A stretch of 40,768 nucleotides of DNA, taken from positions 1-40,768 of the IMG/VR virus record IMGVR_UViG_3300024253_000039. One strand, 5' to 3'. The number at the start of each line of letters is the position of its first letter. The first letter of the stretch is position 1. The position numbers and the translations under genes are program-made. Positions 35,651-40,768 of the stretch are shown here, one piece after another. The stretch is from a virus. Taxonomy: Duplodnaviria; Caudoviricetes. The notes under the pieces were generated by a model. That model saw only the letters and a program-made list of their open reading frames with translations. It did not search any database and was not told the origin of the DNA.

Positions 35651-35818
35651 TTATTGGTTTTCATAGTCTTCGAGCCTTTTTTTCAGTCCCTCTATTTCGC
35701 TCAACAAATGGTCTATTCCGGCCCCGCCGTATTCGGCTGCAAACAAAAATGCTTCAAGAGCCTGCTGCTCTATCATCATTTCTTCTTCCGGACACAATGG
35801 TTCGTTAAACAGTGTCAT
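35651..35818 (-). CDS. Hypothetical protein (55 aa; not in the ORF track)
   Basis: MTLFNEPLCPEEEMMIEQQALEAF...; ATGA overlap with the Cro-like gene. Confidence 0.55.
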   Translation of the reverse strand: MTLFNEPLCPEEEMMIEQQALEAFLFAAEYGGAGIDHLLSEIEGLKKRLEDYENQ

Positions 35819-36033
35819 TGCTCATCCCCCCATACTTCGGTGATGCCGTATTCGGCAAAAATTTCCTCAATGGCTCTGGCTTCCGATACTTTCGGTTCCA
35901 CTGCGCCATTCAATCTCTTAATCCAGCTTGTTCGGTTACTGATGCCGAGTGCCTGCATGATTTTTCGCCTGACAACCCTTATGTCCCGGTTCTTAACTTG
36001 GGAAAACCCCAATCGAAATGAAAATTCGTTCAT
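35815..36033 (-). CDS. Cro-like regulator
   Basis: 72 aa basic HTH-like protein; first gene divergent from the repressor. Confidence 0.7.
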   Translation of the reverse strand: MNEFSFRLGFSQVKNRDIRVVRRKIMQALGISNRTSWIKRLNGAVEPKVSEARAIEEIFAEYGITEVWGDEQ

Positions 36034-36092
36034 AATTATTATTTTTAAAATGATTAATGTTGTTTTTTCGTCAAAATGACATATATTTGCTA

Positions 36093-36123
36093 TTTGGTTG
36101 TGTGTCTGTTTGCACTACCTTTG
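36093..36123 (+). promoter_or_regulatory. Predicted lysogenic (repressor) promoter
   Basis: TTTG (36093..36096), 19-nt spacer, TACCTTTG (36116..36123): the Bacteroidota -33/-7 consensus. Confidence 0.55.
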
Positions 36124-36144
36124 AGGTGTTCAAACTAACACATG

Positions 36145-36176
36145 CAAAGATATATGAACTATTTCATATATGCAAA
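36145..36176 (-). promoter_or_regulatory. Predicted lytic early promoter with an operator in its spacer
   Basis: Minus-strand TTTG (36173..36176), 20-nt spacer, TATCTTTG (36145..36152); palindrome ATATATGAA-CTAT-TTCATATAT at 36150..36171. Confidence 0.7.
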
Positions 36177-36400
36177 TAAAAATGGTATTATTTCTAATAA
36201 TAATTTGAAATATTTCATATATGGCTAAAAATGAGCAACTTAAAATTGCGATAGAAAAGATAAAAATAAATACCGGTTTAAAACAAGCGGAAATTGCTGA
36301 TAAACTTGATATTAAAAGCACATATCTTTCTGATATGATAAATGGGCGAGTTCCTTTAACTGAAAGTGTATGTCAAAAAATATTTGAATTATTTCATATA
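36155..36400. repeat. Three copies of TGAAnTATTTCATATA; putative repressor operators
   Basis: At 36155..36170, 36206..36221 and 36385..36400; the copies differ only at position 5. Confidence 0.7.
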
Positions 36401-36892
36401 AGCATTTTAGAAGATAAACTTGAAGACTTTTCTTTTAAGGAACCAACAAAGTCAAATAAACAAACATATTATAATAATGACAATTCTGAATATATAAACT
36501 ATGTTCCTTTGCTTCCAATTTCGGCACAGGGCGGTTCGATGAATGACTTCATAGTATCGGTAAAGGACAGCGAATGCGAAACTATCATTTCTCCCGTAAA
36601 AGATATCGATTTCGCTATTCGCGTTACCGGCGACAGTATGTATCCCGAATATCCGAGCGGATCAATCATATTGATAAAGAAAATTAATGAGGCTTTATTC
36701 ATTGAATGGGGCAAAACATACGTATTAGATACCTCAAACGGTATAGTCGTGAAAGAAATACATAAAGGAGACAATGACGACGAAATAAAGTGTGTTTCAA
36801 TTAATAAAGATCCAAAATTTCATCCTTTTTCCATCAAACTAAAGGATATTTTCGGAATATATAGAGTTATTATGTGCTTATCAATGAAATAA
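36221..36892 (+). CDS. CI-like repressor (XRE HTH + S24 autopeptidase)
   Basis: HTH 'LKQAEIADKLDIKSTYLSDMING'; 'SAQGG' cleavage region; catalytic 'VTGDSMYP' and 'VVKEI'. Confidence 0.92.
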   Translation: MAKNEQLKIAIEKIKINTGLKQAEIADKLDIKSTYLSDMINGRVPLTESVCQKIFELFHISILEDKLEDFSFKEPTKSNKQTYYNNDNSEYINYVPLLPISAQGGSMNDFIVSVKDSECETIISPVKDIDFAIRVTGDSMYPEYPSGSIILIKKINEALFIEWGKTYVLDTSNGIVVKEIHKGDNDDEIKCVSINKDPKFHPFSIKLKDIFGIYRVIMCLSMK

Positions 36893-36904
36893 TAATAAAA
36901 TATC

Positions 36905-37981
36905 ATGGATTTTAAAGATTCTATTAAGCAAATTTCAGACAGAATCGAAAAACTGAAAGACTCTCTTCAAACCGAAGAAGCCACAAAAAATGCGTTAGTT
37001 CTTCCATTCATCAGCGCATTAGGTTATGATGTATTTAATCCGTTTGAAGTCTTGCCGGAAATGATTTGCGATATCGGTACAAAAAAAGGAGAAAAGATCG
37101 ATTATGCCATCATGAAAGACAAAGAGCCGATTATGTTGATAGAATGCAAACATTGGCAACAGGAACTTACGTTATACGATAATCAATTACTCCGGTATTT
37201 TCATGTATCAAAAGCAAAATTTGGCGTGCTTACAAATGGGATCATTTACCGATTTTACACTGATCTTGCCGTCCCAAATAGAATGGACGAAAAACCATTC
37301 CTGGAAATAAATATGTTGGATCTGAAAGATGCACAAATAGAGGAATTAAAGAAGTTCCATAAATCTTATTTCAATATAGACAATATACTTAGTTCGGCCA
37401 GCGAATTAAAATATATGGGTGAATTGAAAAACGTAATATCAAAAGAATTTGCTAATCCTTCTCCCGATTTTGTAAAATTCTTCGGGAAGCAGGTTTATGA
37501 TGGGATGTTTATGCCGAAAGTCTTAGATCAATTCACAACTCTCGTAAAACAATCAATAAATTCTTATATAAACGATTTGATATCGGATAGACTTAAGGCC
37601 GCAATAAAAGATAACGAACAAACAAAAGAACAAGTAAACCAGCAAACTTCCCAAGATAATGAAATTGCGACAGACAACTCGTCGAGCAAGGTGAAAACTA
37701 CAGAGGAAGAATTGGAGAGTTATTATATTATTAAGTCCATTTTGCGACATACCATTCCGGTTGACAGAATAACATATCGCGACGTTCAAAGTTATTTTGC
37801 CATATTTGTCGATAATAATAACAGAAAACTTATTTGCAGATTTTATTTTAATTCAGAGAATAATAAGAAAATTTCTTTCATCGACGAAGATAAAAAAGAA
37901 ATATCCTACAAAATATTATCACTCGATGAGATATATAACTACACCGAACAATTAATTACCATCGCATCAAAATATCTGTAA
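36905..37981 (+). CDS. Stand-alone HsdR N-terminal-like PD-(D/E)xK nuclease domain protein
   Basis: 'TEEATK..LVLPFISALGY', 'KIDYAI...MLIECK', 'QL.RY', 'LTNG..YRFY'; no helicase motifs. Confidence 0.85.
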   Translation: MDFKDSIKQISDRIEKLKDSLQTEEATKNALVLPFISALGYDVFNPFEVLPEMICDIGTKKGEKIDYAIMKDKEPIMLIECKHWQQELTLYDNQLLRYFHVSKAKFGVLTNGIIYRFYTDLAVPNRMDEKPFLEINMLDLKDAQIEELKKFHKSYFNIDNILSSASELKYMGELKNVISKEFANPSPDFVKFFGKQVYDGMFMPKVLDQFTTLVKQSINSYINDLISDRLKAAIKDNEQTKEQVNQQTSQDNEIATDNSSSKVKTTEEELESYYIIKSILRHTIPVDRITYRDVQSYFAIFVDNNNRKLICRFYFNSENNKKISFIDEDKKEISYKILSLDEIYNYTEQLITIASKYL

Positions 37982-37982
37982 T

Positions 37983-38390
37983 ATGAAAAAGATTTTATTT
38001 TGCCTTATGGCTTTGGTTATGATGGCAGGATGTTCAAAAGAAGACGAGCCTACATTTAATTATGATTTGGATATCTTAATCGGGACATGGCGAGTTACAC
38101 ATGTTATGCAGGATAACGGTGCCTATCTTGATGTTACCACTACGATTGCGGAAATGGTATTTGAACCTACCTACGCAACATTTAATGCAGACGGTACATA
38201 TTATGGTTCCGGTGAATTCGGTACGGGTTCAGGAACATATAAAGCAGTAGGGAACACAATTATAACTTATGTAGGAGGAGAGGAGTATTTAAAATACGAT
38301 GTTCTTTCTTTAAATGTCGATCAATGTGAATTAAAAATGTATCAAACCGGCGAAGAATCTTCAATTAAAATAAAGTGCAAAAAACAATGA
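37983..38390 (+). CDS. Lipoprotein, lipocalin-like
   Basis: Lipobox 'MMAGC' followed by SKEDE; 'LIGTWRVT', 'TFNADGTY'. Confidence 0.8.
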   Translation: MKKILFCLMALVMMAGCSKEDEPTFNYDLDILIGTWRVTHVMQDNGAYLDVTTTIAEMVFEPTYATFNADGTYYGSGEFGTGSGTYKAVGNTIITYVGGEEYLKYDVLSLNVDQCELKMYQTGEESSIKIKCKKQ

Positions 38391-38521
38391 AGAAAATACC
38401 ACAACCCATATTTGATGCTTTGGAAATTGCCGTGTTAATTGGTGAAGAATTTGCCACAGTGGACAAAGAACTATTTGATAAAATGATTGAAGGTTACAGA
38501 CTTAAAACGAGTGCATTATGA
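38387..38521 (+). CDS. Hypothetical protein (44 aa; not in the ORF track)
   Basis: MKKIPQPIFDALEIAVLIGEEFATVDKELFDKMIEGYRLKTSAL*; ATGA overlaps at both ends. Confidence 0.55.
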   Translation: MKKIPQPIFDALEIAVLIGEEFATVDKELFDKMIEGYRLKTSAL

Positions 38522-39180
38522 ACATTAAATATTTTAGTATAATAATATGCTTCATATTCTTATTAGCTTGCAACAACAATCATAATGCTAAAAATACAGC
38601 CGAATTAAAAATTGATTCTTTAGCTGTAAAAGATTCATTATTTAAAGCTGAATTGATAAGAAAAGAGGGGGTTAAGGCTATTGGAAATATCAATTTTTAT
38701 ATTTCAGAAAAAGAATTTGAAAAACAAAAAGACATTTACCTAAAATCATTATCCCATAAAAATGAATTTGGCTTTGATGAATATTCTATTGGCGAGTTTA
38801 GTGTTCTAACTGTGTCCGGTAATTTTTTTAATGATAGTTTATTTAGCATACAAATAAGAGGTATTCCAATAAGTTATGATGAATATAATTCAAAAATGCC
38901 TAAACAATTTGAAACACTGATGTCAATATTGGTTGAAAAATATGGTAATCCATACGAGAAAAAAGAATTACCTGAATGGAATGCTATGCCAAACAATAGC
39001 ACTTGGATTCTTGCCCAATGGCATCTTGGATTTAAAGACTTGCTTATGTATATAAATTGCGGAGGCTCTACATACAGTATTGATTTTTGCTATTATGTCC
39101 CAGAATTGGCAGATAGAAGAATTAAAATAGAGGAAGAAAAATCAATACAAATCAACAAAAAAGCAGTTGAAAAACTTTAA
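38518..39180 (+). CDS. Putative lipoprotein (220 aa)
   Basis: Signal peptide with 'LLAC' lipobox; 'LVEKYGNP' motif. Confidence 0.75.
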   Translation: MNIKYFSIIICFIFLLACNNNHNAKNTAELKIDSLAVKDSLFKAELIRKEGVKAIGNINFYISEKEFEKQKDIYLKSLSHKNEFGFDEYSIGEFSVLTVSGNFFNDSLFSIQIRGIPISYDEYNSKMPKQFETLMSILVEKYGNPYEKKELPEWNAMPNNSTWILAQWHLGFKDLLMYINCGGSTYSIDFCYYVPELADRRIKIEEEKSIQINKKAVEKL

Positions 39181-39476
39181 TGGCATTAACAATGAAAAAA
39201 AGCATCAACCCACAAGCAATAGAAATACAGAAACGTTTTTTTCAGGCGTTGGAAATGGCTATTCAGGATGGCGTTATATCCGGGTTACAGGGTTTTTGCA
39301 GGGACCATAATCTTAACCGTGTCAAATATCAACGAATCAAGACAGCTTTGCAAAATCCGGAAGCCGAACAACTGTACAAAATCATCGACCTGGATGCCTT
39401 GCTGTATATTTGCAAGGATTATAATGTTCGCCCCGAATGGTTGTTGCTCGGGCATGGTAAAATGCGGAAGAAGTAA
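39180..39476 (+). CDS. HTH-like protein coupled to the integrase gene
   Basis: 'LLYICKDYNVRPEWLLLGHGKM' XRE-like C-terminus; TAATG coupling on both sides. Confidence 0.7.
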   Translation: MALTMKKSINPQAIEIQKRFFQALEMAIQDGVISGLQGFCRDHNLNRVKYQRIKTALQNPEAEQLYKIIDLDALLYICKDYNVRPEWLLLGHGKMRKK

Positions 39477-40768
39477 TGTATATCAAGCGCAACATAAAGT
39501 TCCTGTTACATAAAAGAAAACCGGGCGATACTTCAAATCTCGGTATCCGCATGCGGGTAACGCTTTCCGGTGAACGCCCGATAGATTTCCCCATCGGACA
39601 TACAATCGACCTTGCACATTGGGACACGGAAGCGGAACGTGCTATTGACGGAGCGATCAACAAATCGAACCAAACAGCCGCCGACATAAACCGGACCATT
39701 GACGAATACAAATCCGTAATAAATGAAGTGTTCGCCAGATATGAATTGCTCGAAAAAAGGAAACCGACTTTGGGCGAAATAAAAGACTTGTTCAACGATA
39801 TGATTGGGCGTAAAACAAAGATTAAACAAGATTTGTGGAGCCCAAATGACGATTTTTTCAGAGTCTTTGACTTATTCACACAAACAGTCGGTGAACAAAA
39901 CCAATGGACATCGGCTACATACGAAAAGTTTGCAGCACTCAACCGGCATTTCAGGAGCTTTGACCCGTATATGACATTTCAAACCATCAATGACGATAAA
40001 ATGCAGGAATATGTTTCGTATTTGAGTAAAAAAGGATTAAGAAATACGACCATTGCAAAGAACATTGCATTTGTCCGGTGGTTCTTGCGTTGGGCGGCAA
40101 ACAAAGGATATTATCAAGGAACGGTTCACGATACGTTCAAGCCAAAATTGAAAGGCATTGACGGAAATTCAAAGGAAATCATCTATTTAAGTCAGGACGA
40201 AATAAAACAACTGCAAGAATACCAATTTAAGCCGAATGAAGAAGCACTTGAACGTGTCCGTGACGTGTTCTTGTTTTGCTGTTTTACCGGTTTGCGGTAT
40301 TCTGACGTTGCGAAATTGAAGCGTTCGGACGTAAAGAAAGGATTTATTAAGGTTGTCACACAAAAGACCGTTGACGGGCTTATAATTGAGTTGAACAAAC
40401 ATTCTCAAGCCATACTTGACAAGTACAAGGACGTGAAGTTCCCAGACGACAAGGCGTTGCCTGTTATCTCCAACGAAAAGATGAACGAACACTTGAAGCG
40501 GCTTGGGCAGGTATGTGGCTTGGAAGAACCGACAAGGGTGGTATATTTCAAAGGCAATGTCCGGCACGAAGAAGTTTATCCCAAATGGGCATTATTGACG
40601 ACCCATTGCGGGCGGCGAACATTTGTCGTTACGGCATTGCAACTCGGAATACCGGTTGAGGTTATCATGCGTTGGACAGGGCATTCAAGTTATGATGCCA
40701 TGAAACCTTATGCAAAAATAGTTGATGAAGTAAAAGAAAAATCTATGTCACGATTTGATAACCTCTAA
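39476..40768 (+). CDS. int: Tyrosine recombinase / phage integrase
   Basis: 'CFTGLRYSD' (R), 'QKT' (K), 'THCGRRT' (HxxR), 'TGH', 'PY'; arm-binding and SAM-like N-terminal regions. Confidence 0.95.
   Translation: MYIKRNIKFLLHKRKPGDTSNLGIRMRVTLSGERPIDFPIGHTIDLAHWDTEAERAIDGAINKSNQTAADINRTIDEYKSVINEVFARYELLEKRKPTLGEIKDLFNDMIGRKTKIKQDLWSPNDDFFRVFDLFTQTVGEQNQWTSATYEKFAALNRHFRSFDPYMTFQTINDDKMQEYVSYLSKKGLRNTTIAKNIAFVRWFLRWAANKGYYQGTVHDTFKPKLKGIDGNSKEIIYLSQDEIKQLQEYQFKPNEEALERVRDVFLFCCFTGLRYSDVAKLKRSDVKKGFIKVVTQKTVDGLIIELNKHSQAILDKYKDVKFPDDKALPVISNEKMNEHLKRLGQVCGLEEPTRVVYFKGNVRHEEVYPKWALLTTHCGRRTFVVTALQLGIPVEVIMRWTGHSSYDAMKPYAKIVDEVKEKSMSRFDNL

Larger units (their letters stand above)
1..40768. mobile_element. 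Temperate siphovirus-like prophage/phage of a Bacteroidota host (both ends outside the window)
   Basis: Ordered modules: integrase, repressor/Cro switch, recombination-replication, terminase, portal, capsid, head-tail, tail tube, tape measure, tail tip. No sheath gene seen. Bacteroidota TAnnTTTG promoter boxes. Confidence 0.95.

Noticed and set aside
1-40768. CRISPR array, tRNA, reverse transcriptase/DGR, att site, lysis cassette, stop-codon recoding
   Set aside because: None seen by eye. Core genes are full length in the standard code with TAG, TGA and TAA all used as stops. att and lysis genes probably lie outside the window; tRNAscan and Infernal were not run.

Overview
The window is most of a temperate, long-tailed (siphovirus-type) Bacteroidota prophage or phage. 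The host assignment is inferred from TAnnTTTG -7 promoter boxes and Bacteroidales-type gene families. From right to left it holds: a tyrosine integrase ending exactly at the window edge; a + strand lysogeny operon (CI-like repressor, stand-alone HsdR_N-type nuclease, two lipoproteins, HTH protein); a - strand early/replication block (Cro-like, LuxR-HTH, SMC-like ATPase/RecT/MBL hydrolase, ASCH, initiator with iterons, DnaC-like loader, RuvC-like); packaging and head genes; and tail genes that run off the left edge. Lysis genes and att sites are not visible. The standout is a MuF-type minor head protein with a C-terminal R-S-ExE ADP-ribosyltransferase domain (17064..19601, -). It meets, tail to tail, a + strand island inserted inside the head module, which ends in a DraG/ARH-family ADP-ribosylglycohydrolase and a small coupled gene. 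This is a candidate virion-borne ADP-ribosylation writer with a separately transcribed eraser/immunity cassette. Also seen directly: five copies of a TGTATTA-N3-TAATACA palindrome at late and island promoters or gene starts, a duplicated 34-bp promoter, three copies of a 16-bp CI-region operator, and a P2-type -1 frameshift in the tail chaperone. All protein calls come from motifs read by eye and gene context; no database search was run.
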